This document shows, in pieces, positions 50,080 to 62,689 of a DNA stretch of 64,000 nucleotides. The stretch covers positions 40,860,001 through 40,924,000 of the forward strand of contig CM052817.1 in assembly GCA_028534125.1 (NCBI GenBank), written 5' to 3'. The position numbers and the translations under genes were made by a program. Within the stretch, counting starts at the first letter, position 1. Each line of letters opens with the position of its first letter. This DNA comes from Lama glama (taxonomy: Eukaryota). The notes under the pieces were generated by a model. That model saw nothing but the letters and a program-made list of their open reading frames with translations, was not told the DNA's origin and did not search any database.

Positions 50080-50690
50080 TGTGTCCCTCAGGGTCTGTCA
50101 GCAGAGTAATCACACCAGCAATTTGAACGGAGACAATTTGATATGAAGGGCTGCTAATTGGTTGTGAATTTGTTAACTGGGAAATGGAAGGAGTGAAAAG
50201 AGAACTCTAAGGTGTGGGTGGGGGTAGCAAGTCCTGGAAGCGGTTACCACCCCCAGGGCTGAGGGAAGGAAGGAAAGAGTTGCGATTACTAAAACTTCGG
50301 AGACACTTAGAGGAGGGGCCCCCGCAGAGCTAAAATGCAGATCTCTGAGGGGGAGGGGGCTGGCCCGCACGCTGTGAAGCTGGTTCTACAAGTCCTGGGA
50401 ACAGTCGAGCCAGATTCAGTGGCTCTGCAGGGAGGAGAGAAGGGTGGTAGCATTGGGCTGAGGCTCAGAGGAAGCGCGAAGGAAGGAGCAAGTTCATTTT
50501 TGCTGCTCCAGCTCCGTAGCACCCTCCCCTCCAGCGCCCCCTACTGGTAGAGCCAACAGGAAGCCTGCTAACTAAGCAGGAGTGTCTTGCAGAGTCCCAG
50601 ACTTAACATCACAAAGCTGGTTATAAAAACCAAAACAAAACAAAGTAAAGCTGGTAACAGAAGGATAGGTGTGGAGATGAGAAACTGGTC
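50080..50690 (-). mobile_element. ERVL-type LTR (LTR41-like)
   Basis: tgtgtccctcagggtc...cacaccagcaatttgaac...ccctccagcgccccctactgg...gcagagtcccag...catcacaaagc. Confidence 0.6.
50529..50550 (-). promoter_or_regulatory. CTCF core motif
   Basis: Minus strand CTACCAGTAGGGGGCGCTG matches the core CCASYAGRKGGCRS, with its CpG retained. Confidence 0.55.
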
Positions 50691-50757
50691 CACTTGTGAG
50701 CTCCATTCTGTAGATCAGGAAACTGAGGCACAGATATATTAAGCTGTGTTTACCCAG

Positions 50758-51062
50758 TGCTAGGGTCTGAATATTTGTTGAACCCTAACCCCTAAAGGGG
50801 ATAGTATTAGTAGGTGGGGCCTTTGGGAGGTGCCTAGGTCATGAGAGTGGAGCTCTCATGTATGGGATCAATGCTTTTATAAAAAAGACCCCTTCCACCA
50901 TGAAAGGACACGGTGAACAGTCTGCAACCCTCACCTGACTATGCTGGTACCATGATCTGGGGCTTGCAGCCTCCAGAACTGTGAGAAATACATTTCTGTT
51001 GTTTATAAGCCACCTAGTCTGTGGTATTTTGTCGTCGCAGCCTGAATGGACTAAGTAAGACA
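50758..51062 (+). mobile_element. MaLR LTR (MLT1A-like) nested in a MIR (50700-51130)
   Basis: tgctagggtctgaat...ggtggggcctttgggaggtg...cagcctccagaactgtgagaaa...gcctgaatggactaag..aca. TSD cccag/cccat. Confidence 0.9.
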
Positions 51063-51139
51063 CCCATCTAGGAAGAGGCAGGGTCAGAACTTAAACCTAA
51101 ACAGCCTGACTCCAAGGTTCATGCTGTTAACTTTTAGAA

Positions 51140-51312
51140 CAAGTGACTATAGGCAAACACACTTCTCTAAAGCTTACTTTTAAAATCTGCAAAACAAGGA
51201 TGATACTCTCTGACTTGTAAGGGTTGTTCTAAGGGTTCCATAAACAATATAAATGATGTGCCTGCTATATTTCCTGGCACATAGTCAGTTCTGAACAATA
51301 CTAGCTGTTATT
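51140..51312 (+). mobile_element. MIR
   Basis: gtgactataggcaa...atctgcaaaacaaggat...cctggcacatagt. Confidence 0.6.
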
Positions 51313-53689
51313 AAATATGGCATTTTTCTCTCTTTGAGTATAGAAGAGTACTCATTTGCCTCCGTGAATCTATGTGTAGTTTTGAAAGTATTGCCTTTGC
51401 CTTGGGGTGATCTCATCTCCGAGGGGTTGTTTATTTAGTTGATTATCTCTCCAGCTTAGCATAGTTAAGTGTTTCGGTTGGAAGGTGAGCAGCAGAGAGA
51501 AGTTCATGCTGGAGCTTGATCAATGGAGGCTTTCTTGACGATGTCCTGAAAAATCAGAATTTATCAGGGGCTGCCTCAGGGCACTGAGTTAGCCTTTCAC
51601 TTTGGATTTTAAGTGGTGGGGGAAATCGTTGAATGTATTCATTTGCTCTTTAATGCAGTAATCATTTATAGGGCACTTAATTGCAGCAGACATCGTACTA
51701 GGCATGGGGGGTGATATAAACAGACATATGGACCCTACTCTAGAGACTGATTCTTCCAGCCTAGGGGGGAGTATGATGCAAAAACTCAACTGCTCATTTT
51801 CCCTCCCTCCTCCTTATCCTTGACAGGTGTGCATGTGTAAATATTTCCTGTTACACAGATATAATGTCATCATGTGGGTGAAATATCTACTGGGCCCACT
51901 ACAGAGTCAACTGATATCCAGGGAAGGTTGTATGGGGTGTAGAGGTGTGAGGGGAGGCAGCTGTCTGTCCTAAAGGACAGACTCATTCATTCACTAGAGA
52001 AGAGGTCAGATCAGACACAGGGAATGTGTGGGAGGGGCTGGGAGGCAGCAACACTAGGAGGCTCCTGGGTCCCTGGCTGTAGGTTGTAAGACGTTTGTGT
52101 GCAGGTGTAGGAAGAGTTAAGGGCTTCAGGGTACGGACTGTGATGCTGTGTGGGCCCTTTTTCTCTAGAGTGTTCCATAGAGTCAGGGAGAAAGCCTGGA
52201 CCGGGCAGGGCCCTAGAGCCCTGGAAGTAGCTACCTGGTGGGATCAGGAGCCTCTCCTGGTAAATCAGGCTGTTTTTATGCTTTCTCTCTCCTTTGTGTT
52301 CATTTTCTTTTTGCTTAAAAGTGCCAAATATCTTGGAATCCTGAAGAGAACTAAGGGAAGGGCTTTATGTATATGTTTTGGTCCGAACTTTAAGGGGAAG
52401 CATGGTAGTTGTGGCGTTCAGGGTGCTCATGAGAGAACCCCAAGGTTGTAGTCAGGTACTCAAGGTCATACTAGGTCTTGTTGCTTTTTCTATAAGTTCT
52501 GGTGAAAATTGAGGAGGTTAGGTTATATTGAGATATGTTTTGTAGGATGTGGGAATATCAAAACCTGTTCTTGACCCCCTCAGCTCAAGGGAATCAGAGG
52601 AAAATAGATACACAGAGGGCAAAGACTGGCAAATGAATATTCTATTACCCCAGTGGAGAATTTCAGTGAGCTGTGTTGAAATAAATAGAAGACACTTTTG
52701 TCTCCTTCCTGCAAAACTTTCTACTCCCCAAGTATCTTGTCAAGATTAATAACAATATTAATGGTAAAAATAACATGCCATCAACGTTCTGGTTGCTTTG
52801 CAAACATTCAGTAGTAGCACTGTTTGCCTTCGATTTTAATCAAACAGAAAATTGAATTGCCAGAGCCACCAGTTAACAGAGTGTTTTAAATCTTCTTAGT
52901 CTCCTGCCCACACATTTCTCTGGTGTTCAATGATCTTGAGTTTACTATATCCTTGCTTCTATCAAAGCCATCTTCTCAGATCTGAAAAAATAAATTCACA
53001 ATAAGTTACATTTGAATTATATGGCTTAAAGTCTAATCTCTCCCAAGAGTATTTGCATTTTAACAGATGACAGAGCTAATGAAATCGAGTTGAAGGGGTG
53101 GAATTTCTGGCATTAGAAAACAGGGAACAATTTTTGGTTGGTAGGAAGATCTTGTCCTCACTCCTAAAATTACATCGTTTACCTGTAAGATTGATTCCCA
53201 AGGAGACATTACTGGTTAGATGATCTAGGGTCACAAATGTGTGTAGTTGGTAGGGAGTCAGCGATTTGGTTTGTAGCACTGAGGCTGGCACTTGTCTGTT
53301 CAGCCCATGACCATCTCCTTCCATCCCCATTCTCCACCAACCTCCCTGTTACTGAGTATAATGTCCCTCTTTCCCACGGAACTGGAAGCTCTCCTCTAAA
53401 CACAAATCGTGTTTTGTTAATGTTTGTACCTTTCCTCTACCCCTTTCTTTCTGGCACCAAGTATCTGAGAGCTTCTTACACGCTGATAAGTGTACTGAAA
53501 AAAACACCCCATGCCCCTTTTACACCTGAGCAGTCCATGCTGCGGACAGTAAAGGAGCCCAGTGTTAGTCTCGGCTCCCTGGAGTTTTTAGTTTTTCCTG
53601 CTAGACTGAAAACGGCTCTCGAACTTTTCCCGTGGTATTATTTTCATTTTCTATTTCTATCCTTATTCTCCATCAGCGGTGTTCTTCTG

Positions 53690-54322
53690 CCCTTCTGTTT
53701 CCCCCATTCAACTCCCGCCACCCCTGCCCCAGGAGCGGACTTTCCCTCTGTCAGAATCCTGCACCACGTTGGTACGTTTGTTAAGACTGGTGAATCTACA
53801 CTGATGGCCCGTTATCATCCCAAGTCCACAGTTTACGTTATGGTTCACTCTTAGTGTTGTTCATTCTGTGGGTTTTGATAAATAGATGACACGTATCCAC
53901 CATTTTCATTTCACTGCCCTGAAAGCTCTCCGTGCTTTGCCTGTTCGCGTCTCCACCCGCAGCCTCTGGCAGCCACTGATCTTTTGAGTCTCCATTATTT
54001 TACCTTTTCCAGAATGTCATGTAGTTGGAGTAATACAGTATGTAACCTTTTCAGATTGGCTTCTTTCACTTTAGTAATATGCGTTTAACGTTCCTCTGTC
54101 TTTTCATGGCTTGACAGCTCATTTCTTTTTAGCATTGAACAATATTCCACTGTCTGCCTGTACCACAGTTTGTTTATCCATCCACCTACTGAGCAGATAA
54201 AACTGATTGCTTCCAAGTTTTGGCAGAATAAAGCTGCTCCTAACATCCATGTGCACGTTTTTGTGTGGACATAAGTTTTCAACTCATTTGAATAAATATT
54301 AAGGTGTACGATTGCCACATCC
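53690..54322 (-). mobile_element. L1 (L1MC1/2-like) 3'UTR and ORF2 end
   Basis: ccaagtccacagtttacgttatggttcactctt; ttttccagaatgtcatgtagttggag. Minus-strand ORF contains ELKTYVHTKTCTWML. Confidence 0.85.
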
Positions 54323-56344
54323 TTTTTTTCTTTATCATCTTCTTCTCGCAAATGACCCTCAGCCTTTGCTCTATTGTCCTCAAGTGTCTGCTCCAACTTG
54401 TGTATTTTCCCATATGTGCTTCTCGTTGTTGGCTGAGTCTTTCCTGCATTGAGCCTCTGGCACCCCCAGGAGTGATCTGTGCCCCACTTGAAGGAAAATG
54501 TAAGGAAAGAGAGAAACCCTATGCAACAATAGTACAGAGAAGTTTTTAGTGTAGCCGCTAGATTTGGGCAAGTGAAGAAGGAAAAGCCATAACTGCAGTT
54601 ATAGCACCCAAGAGTTAAATTCTGTCTGCCCGTGCAGTTCTTACTGGTATCAGGAAGAGTCATTTGGGCCTTTTACATCGTTGTGAGGATCTGAACACTG
54701 AATCTAGCTTAAGGGAAGTTAAAAGTCACTGCTTTCTGGTGGTGACAATTCCCCTTGAAGGTCCTGACAGGAGACGGAGAAGAAATCGGACTCCCTGAAG
54801 TGGGGCCCATATTATCTTTCATCCATGTTATCTTTTCATGGCTATGAAAGATGCCCAGTGGCTTTCTAGAAGATGTAGCTTGAATAAAAAAATGACAAAA
54901 CCAACAAGATGAGTTTAAAAGAGATGGAGATCATCTCTACAGACCCCCAACAATGGGGACTCTAGGAGAGCCTACTGTTTTTTTTTCCCCAGGAAAACAA
55001 ACAAACCTGAATTAGCATTTTTATATTTTGGATTTTAAAAAACACTATTTTTTTCCTAGAAAGAGGGAAGGTTTTGAGACAAATATTGTTCAAAGGCTCA
55101 AAAGCTGTGTGTATCAGATGCACTGATGCTAACTTTTACAGTCAGCTCATTTCTGAATTCTAGCCATGACAGACCCAGAAGGACAAACTGGGCATTGCAG
55201 CAATGTAGGTCAAATTCTGTTGCCATACGCTCCAGGGGACTGGCTGTCCAGTGCCTTTTTTTCCCCTTGAACTTGTGTTATATTGAATGGTATTTGGCAA
55301 ATATGAGCCCTGGGCAGAGGCTTTGGGAGAATATCATGGATTTTTAACGTGACAGTATTTGTTAAGTGGGCATCAGAGTCATTTAATTTTTCACTTACTT
55401 CTCTTTTCCCGCACCTGTCTTACCTAAGCTTGTGTCTCTCCGTGTCTCGTTTCCTTGTGGCCAAGGGTCTCCTTCAGTTCTGTTTCCTCTCCCTTAATTT
55501 TCCAGCACCCTGAGACATTCCAGAGATAGAATGCATGCTCAGGCTTGCTTTGGTTGCAGCTGAGCATCTCAAACTCAATAAAAGGAGTCGACTTCAAGGG
55601 CGGTGTAGGCCAACAGCTTTAAGAATCCCTTTCAAAGAGCAGATGTATTCGTATAAATCCTGTGGGAGGTGAGGCCCAAGTGGGATTGCTCAAAGCATCC
55701 ACCTTGTATTTCTGGAGCAAAGGAAAAATAATAATGCCTCCGAGTACAGCTCTCCTTGTTAAATATTAAATGTGGTCCCGGCCCAACTCCCCTGTGGTTC
55801 TCTGAGTTTAGGTGGGTCTCTCCAGGCTGGTCCTCTAATGGGCTGTTCTCGCCTGTGAGTTAGACCCAGTTTTTCAGAATGACAGTCATTCTACAAGGAG
55901 AGCCAATGAACTTAAACCTAATAGGAGGTAGAGACGAGGTGAGATTTTTCTGGGAAATGTCATAAAGGATCTATAATAATGCAATTTCTTCTGTTAACAG
56001 AATGAAATATTAGCTCTGAAAAATTCGTGGCACTTCAGCTCAGAAAAGTCGATCTGCGTACCCTTGTGTCAGGCTGTTTTGAAGTCAAAACTTTGATTTT
56101 TGTGTTCATGGCTTTCTCTAAGTGGCCTTTTAGTTTAACTAAAACAAAGAAGGTGTTTTGATTTGCATAAATCAAAATCTTCCATGCTTCAGAAATGCTC
56201 TAGATAGGATTTCAGAAGGAAAGAATGAAAATGTATACTTTTCTCCCTTTCCTTGTAATAAAGATGATTCTCTTTGTGGAGGTTGGAAAGTCACAGTTCA
56301 GATATGTTTTGCTTTGTCCATTTGAGTGATTTTTCAAAATACTG

Positions 56345-56612
56345 AGCTAATATTTCAAAGCATGAGTGCTTTCACATAAATATCTGGATTTGGGGCTTGT
56401 CCTGAAAAATTGGAATAACTGGACCCTTAGTATGGATTTCCAAATGACAATAATCTACCATAGCTAAGGGGCCACTGCCCCCTCTGAACAGAGCAAGGCC
56501 CCTCCAGTTCACCATGTTCCTTACTTTTCCCCACTGTCTTCCCAACACCCTCCAACTCATGTCTTTCCCTGCTTTTCTGGCCCCAAGAGGCATTTGAGCT
56601 TTTGACTTCTAT
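56345..56612. mobile_element. hAT-Charlie MER102-like fragment
   Basis: atctggatttggggcttgtcctgaaaaattggaa...ctgccccctct...ctccagttcacca...ggcatttgag. Confidence 0.6.
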
Positions 56613-56815
56613 CCTGTGTATAGTATGCTACTTCTTCCCTTGAAGAGTTCTAAGTCCTTATATAGATATTTTAGCTGAGATTAATCCCGAGCTGTCTTGC
56701 AAACACATTCTATTTAGCAAATTCATTAATTGGGGTTCAGATTTTCTTAGGAACATCTTAGGCTTCAGCAAAGAATTGCTTTAAGCCTTCTTTGGTTTAA
56801 ACTTATTTTCTTCTA

Positions 56816-57392
56816 TACATACATCCCAGTGTTCATAGCAGAACTATTTACAATAGCCAAGACAAGGGAGCAACAATCTAGATATCCACTGATAGATGAA
56901 TGGGTTACTTAGCCATAAACAAGAATTAAATAATGGATGGACCAGGAGATTGTCATCCTAAGTGAAGTAAGCCAGAAAGAGAAAGAAAAATACCATATGA
57001 TATCACTTATATGTGGAATCTAAAAAAGAATGACACGAATGAACTTATTTACAAAGTGAAACAGACTCACAGACATAGAAAACAAACTTACGGTTACTAA
57101 GGTAGAAAGAGATGGGTGGAGGGATAAACTGGGAGTTTGAAATTTGCAGATACACACTACTACATATAAAATAGATAAACAACAAGGTCCTACCATATAG
57201 CACAGGGAACTATATTGTTGAATATAGTAATTCAATAATATTTAATTATTGTAATAGCATATAATGAAAAAGAATACGAAAAGGAATATATATGTATAAC
57301 TGAACCACTGTGCTATACACCAGAAAACTAACACAATATTTTAAACTGTCTATAATTCAATAATAATAAAAGAACAAAGCTCAAGGAAAAAA
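56816..57392 (+). mobile_element. 5'-truncated L1 (cetartiodactyl-type) ORF2 end and 3'UTR
   Basis: gtgttcatagcag..actatttacaatagccaagac; ctaagtgaagtaagccag. 18-bp TSD taaacttattttc(t/a)tcta at 56798 and 57393. Confidence 0.9.
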
Positions 57393-57469
57393 TAAACTTA
57401 TTTTCATCTAGTGTATTATGGTATTTAAGACTTTTTTGGTAAAAGATAATTCCATGTTATCACTCTTCT

Positions 57470-57508
57470 GATGAGATCGGGTGCTTTCAGGGTGGTATGG
57501 CTGTAGAT
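57470..57508 (-). pseudogene. 5S rRNA 5'-fragment retropseudogene (nt ~1-39), tailless
   Basis: Minus strand ATCTACAGCCATACCACCCTGAAAGCACCCGATCTCATC versus recalled mammalian 5S GTCTACGGCCATACCACCCTGAACGCGCCCGATCTCGTC (34/39). Perfect 16-bp TSD tgttatcactcttctg. Confidence 0.9.
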
Positions 57509-57889
57509 GTGTTATCACTCTTCTGTTTCCCACCAGGCGCTTGACTTACAGAACAGCAGTTCTGCATTCTAGTTAAGCTAAGAATAAATCTCCTTTAAAA
57601 TGAAACTAAGGACGGGAGTCCACTACATGAATACGGTAACTTCTGCATAATGACATTAGTCCAAGTCCCAACATTATTCTGGACACCAATTTTGGAAACA
57701 AAAATATTCTCAAACCTTAGGAACTCAATCATAATACAACCAAAATGGGGAAGAAATAGAAGAGAGAAATAAGATAGTCCACAAAAGGAAGGACTAGCAA
57801 GAAATCTGGACATTAAAATGCAAATGATAGGTTTCTGGGAGGCAGCTGCCTGAGCTGATGGATCCAGAAGCATAGCGTCACTGCCACAA

Positions 57890-58060
57890 GCAGGTCTAGA
57901 TCTAGAATGAGGTGAGTGAGGTAAGCACAGTATTTGAGAGGGTGCCGAGAAACCTAGTAATCATGATAAACACTTTCACATAATGTAATCTTTTAAAATG
58001 TTAATGCACTATTTTGTGAATCAAAATTAATGTTAAAAAAAAAACCATGATGGATAACAT
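57890..58060. mobile_element. hAT-type (MER96B-like) fragment
   Basis: tgaggtgagtgagg...agtaatcatgataaa...atcaaaattaatg..aaaaaaccatgatg. Confidence 0.4.
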
Positions 58061-58091
58061 GGTCTTGTCGGCCAACAGGCTGAAATCTGGC

Positions 58092-58330
58092 CAGCATTTA
58101 GGAGCTACCCTATGCCAGGTATGGTGCTAAGCACTTTTCATGCTTTTTGAAAAAAATTAATATACAGAACAACTTCGTAAGTTCTATTATTTCCTATGTA
58201 TCTCCACATTTTATGGATGAGAAAACTGAGGCTTAAAGATGGTGAGTAACTTGCTCAGGTTAAAGCTAATAAGTGACAGGGCCAAGATCCAGGCAGTTTG
58301 ACTCGAGAAGCTACTTGTGTCCACGGAATC
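58092..58330 (-). mobile_element. MIR
   Basis: tatgccagg...gtgctaagcac...attttatggatgagaaaactgaggctta. Confidence 0.75.
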
Positions 58331-58609
58331 ATACCACCCACATCTGCTGGGGTGGCTCAGCCCCCAGATCATCAAGTTCCGTGTTTGCTGATGTGCCTCT
58401 GCTCTCCTGGTGTTCCTCCTGGATCAGGGATACAGTCATGAGCTCAGAGAGGCCATGTGTAGGTGACTGGCTCAGAGGAGCTGAATTAATTTGATGGGAA
58501 GACATAGCTTATTGGTTTTTCTATACTATGTGGTTTCTGTCCAATCTGATGTTGGGAGAGAGGAAGGAAGAGACAAAGGAGGAGAGGGGAAGAGAGAGAA
58601 TCAGGAAAT

Positions 58610-58610
<1 letters not shown>

Positions 58611-58644
<34 letters not shown>

Positions 58645-58648
58645 CACA
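58611..58648. repeat. (CA)~19 microsatellite with one CG interruption
   Basis: Directly visible. Confidence 0.95.
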
Positions 58649-59810
58649 AACCTAAAGACAGTGAGACCAAGGCAATCAATGAACCTGTTGTTGGAAGAGG
58701 CAAGAGCAAAGAGGAAGAGGCCGTTTCACCATAAGGTTCAGGCCCAGAATGGAGAGTGAGGGAACCCTGCAGCTGAAGGGGACCCACACAGCTCAGCCCT
58801 AGAACTGCAGGGAAACGATGCTCCAGTATGTCTGAGCTCACTCAGGCCTGTTTTCTGGCTTCTTTACTGTGTGTACTTCCCTACATAACCTCATCATCTT
58901 AATAGACAGCCGGAGGTGATTACCACAACCCAGAATAGCCCATCAGGTTGTTGTTCCCAGTCTCACAGTCCTCTGCTCCCAATTTGAGTTGTCCTGTCTT
59001 CCTATCCTTTCACGGTCTTCCCCCCTTTTCTGGCCATCCCACCTCCTGTAGCCGTCATTACACTGGTGGAAGAGTCTTCATCAGTGGAATAACCTTGATT
59101 TTTCCTTTTGCAATGCTTCATGTAACTGTACAGAGCTCAGCTGTCTGTGATGCTTCAGCTGATTCTCCAGATGCTTCATTATCTGTCAGATTCTCCATGC
59201 CTGCAGGGCTGGAAGCCGCGGGTAAGGAGCTGAGAGGGCTGGCCAAGGAGGGGGCAGGGTCTGAGAATGCACAGGGAGGTAAGAAAGTTCAGTTAAATTA
59301 GCTGTACCCTGTAAGCACATCTGCTCATTTTATTAGCATATTTGCCATAGAATATTTACCTTCAACTTCACACTTGCTGCTACTGCTGTGACCAGATTTA
59401 ATATATATATGGTAGATTTTTCAATACCACTCAGCTCACTAAAAATAATACCGTCTAACTGAGTCGTTCTTGGTCCTATTGGATCCAGTGACCGCTTTAG
59501 GCAGTAAATGTTTAACAAACATTTTGTAATGACTTCTTTACTATTTGTATGGATAATATAACCTATTTACACATACTTTAAAAAATGCTCCAACTGTACA
59601 AAAAATTAAAAGAAAGTAAAGTAAATGTAAATTCTTAGGTAGAACTATATCAGAGACATAAAAGATTGTGAGATATTTTCATCTCTTTTTTTAGAATCAT
59701 TGAGAATGAGACAGTGAATAATGCAGACTGAGCAGGTGTTCTATCTTAGCCACTCAAAACCGAGGAGCCTTGTCACCACAGTCAGTGACATGATTTCCCC
59801 AAATGGTGAC

Positions 59811-60259
59811 TGTGCTAAGCAGAGTAATGACCTTGCCAAGGATGTCTATTTGCCAATTTCTGGAAACTGAACACGTTACCTTATGTGATATAAGGTACTT
59901 TGCAGATATGATTAAGTTCGGGATCTTGAGATGGAGAGCGTATACTGAATTATCCCTGTGGGCCCAGTGTCAACCCAAGGGTCCTCGTAAGAGACAGACA
60001 GGAATGTCAGAGGCAGAGAAGGTGGGACAGTGGAAGAAGAGGTTGGAGTGGTACGGGGCCTTGAGCCAAGGAATGTGGGCGGCCTTTAGAAGCTGGAAAA
60101 GGAAAGAAAAGGGATTCTCCACAGAACCTGCAGAAGGAACACAGCTGTGAAGACCACTGTAGACTTCTGATCTCTAAAGTTGACAGATAATAAATATGTG
60201 TTGTTTGAAGCCACTAAGTTCGTGATAATCTCTTACAGCAGCAAAAAGAAATTAACACA
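59811..60259 (+). mobile_element. MaLR solo LTR (MLT1D-like)
   Basis: tgtgctaagcagagtaatg...ctttgcagatatgattaag...agccaaggaatgtgggcggcctttagaagctggaaaagg...aataaa...taacaca. TSD gtgac/gtgag. Confidence 0.9.
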
Positions 60260-60660
60260 GTGAGCAACTCTTGGAAAATACCAAACTATCAAAGTTCAAT
60301 CTTTATAAAATTTATATGATTGTTTCCTTTCTGGAAAATTTATTGCATAGTCAAAGTGTGCAAAAATACTTTGTGATGATATGTAAAATGGAGCTTGATT
60401 CTAGACTGAAATGACTATAAACACAGTTTTCATCGTGTTACCAGGTCTTCTGTTTTTTCACTCTTGTCCTCTCCCTTCTCTTCTCTCACCCATCGTAGTT
60501 TCTCGTTTATATTTGGTTTGACTTCCTGCTTGTTGTGAGATTTCCTTGCTTTGTGGCTTCACCTTCCCTTTGCAGAGTAGTTTTTCAAGATCTTTTCTGC
60601 AAACTCAGTTCCCTCCCTAAGGCTACCAGCTGTTACTGTTCTCATTCAAGGAACATCCTC

Positions 60661-60808
60661 TTTTTTAAAAAAATTTTTCTTTATTTTGTTTTAGGGGGAG
60701 GTAGTTAAATTTTTAAAATTTATTTATTTTAATGGAGGTATTGGGGATTGAACCGAGGACCTCGTGTATGCGAGGCACACACTCTACCCCTGAGCTATAC
60801 CTTCCCCC
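60661..60808 (-). mobile_element. tRNA-Ala-derived SINE, camelid vic-1-like
   Basis: ggaggtattggggattgaaccgaggacctcg...ctctacccctgagctataccttccccc plus AT-rich tail. Degenerate TSD catcctctt/catactctt. Confidence 0.85.
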
Positions 60809-61020
60809 ACAGCATACTCTTCCTTTAGCTTAAAATGACCTTCAGGCTCCAGTCCTGGGTTTGACTGATGCCTGGTGATCCTTCAAAACTCAAGAGCCCT
60901 CATTTCAAGCAGCTCCTTTGACCTCCACTGGCACAGGTAGTCCTCCTCTTGGGTTTTCATTGGCCCCTGAACTTAACTTGTTTTTATCACCTGTTTTTGT
61001 TTTTTGCTATGTGCAGACAC

Positions 61021-61520
61021 NNNNNNNNNNNNNNNNNNNNNNNNNNNNNNNNNNNNNNNNNNNNNNNNNNNNNNNNNNNNNNNNNNNNNNNNNNNNNNNN
61101 NNNNNNNNNNNNNNNNNNNNNNNNNNNNNNNNNNNNNNNNNNNNNNNNNNNNNNNNNNNNNNNNNNNNNNNNNNNNNNNNNNNNNNNNNNNNNNNNNNNN
61201 NNNNNNNNNNNNNNNNNNNNNNNNNNNNNNNNNNNNNNNNNNNNNNNNNNNNNNNNNNNNNNNNNNNNNNNNNNNNNNNNNNNNNNNNNNNNNNNNNNNN
61301 NNNNNNNNNNNNNNNNNNNNNNNNNNNNNNNNNNNNNNNNNNNNNNNNNNNNNNNNNNNNNNNNNNNNNNNNNNNNNNNNNNNNNNNNNNNNNNNNNNNN
61401 NNNNNNNNNNNNNNNNNNNNNNNNNNNNNNNNNNNNNNNNNNNNNNNNNNNNNNNNNNNNNNNNNNNNNNNNNNNNNNNNNNNNNNNNNNNNNNNNNNNN
61501 NNNNNNNNNNNNNNNNNNNN
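61021..61520. other. Assembly gap (500 N)
   Basis: Run of N. Confidence 1.
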
Positions 61521-61579
61521 ACTCCCCTGTGCTATGAAGAAGTGGGAGTTGTGGTCTTAATTTAGACTTTAAAAAAAAC

Positions 61580-61765
61580 CACCTTTATTGTGGTATGATT
61601 CCTGTACAGTCAACTACACATATTTCAGATGTACAATTTGTTGGATTTTGATAGGTGTATACACCTATGAAACCGCCACCACTCTCCATCACTCCCCAAA
61701 AGGTGCAAATCTCGAATTCCCAATTTATCCCTTCCCCACTTCTTTACCCCCTGGTAACCATAAGT
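61580..61765 (-). mobile_element. Old L1 3' end
   Basis: ctttattgtggtatgatt...tgtatacacctatgaaaccgccacc...cccctggtaacca. Confidence 0.7.
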
Positions 61766-62689
61766 TAGACTTAAAATCAAATTGGAACTATCCACTGTCT
61801 AGCACAAAACTCTGAATAATGGTTCGTGTTCTGGGCTCTCAATAAACAGCTTGTGACTGGAATACCAATATGCTAACTGTGTTTGGGCTAGTGGAGCTAT
61901 GGCATTTTGCATATTTTCCAAGTTTCCTGTTTTCCACAAATCCCAATTGCTCATAACACAGTTTCTGATGCTATTACCACTGAAATTTGTAAAAAGGAAA
62001 AAATACTGGGAGGATTCAAACAAATCATTGGATTTATTATGTTAATAAGTGTTCAGTTTGCACAATAGACTTTTCTCTGCTAAATTTAATTTTTGCATCA
62101 AAGACTCATTCTTGAATAAATTTTTTCTTTTCTTTTGATCCTGAGTATCATTGCAAGCATTAATTATAATACCTGGTGTTTACACAATGATTTTCACCTC
62201 AATTGTAGAAACATATGTTTAAATTCAGCAATCCCTTAAACTTAAGCATAGGCAGCAAGTATTTACATGTTATAGAATAACTTGGAGGTTAGGCGATTAC
62301 AACAACAGACCAGATACATTTTTCTTCGTCCTGATTGGAAATACAGCTTTTTGCAAAACCGCCTAGTCTGTTCACAAAGCTGTTCCTAAGGATGCTAGTG
62401 AGAAGGCTTTCTGAAATAACATTTAAGTGCTGCTACAAACCTGAGTCAGAAGGTTTTCCTTGTGGTTTTGATTTGTAATTTCATGAGCTGCAAAATCAAA
62501 GACTAGATTCCCCCTCATTTTGTTCTCCGGTGTTAGAATTTCAGGCAATGATCTGGATGTGCTGCTTCTCACATGGGCGCCTTCGATTATATGGGATCTT
62601 TGCTGCCGTGTTTAGAACGTTGGGGTGCTGGTTCCAGTCCCGTTTGCCTGCGTGTGCCTTCCTTGCCCTTCCTCTGCTCTGTGACCCCC

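Noticed and set aside
53237..53854. 205-aa + strand ORF
   Set aside because: Non-ATG start, runs into an antisense L1 3'UTR, no recognisable domain.
54085..54663. 192-aa minus-strand ORF
   Set aside because: Chance fusion of unique sequence with a decayed L1 ORF2 end.
60918..61565. Three long ORFs (177-215 aa)
   Set aside because: Artefacts of translating through the 500-N gap.
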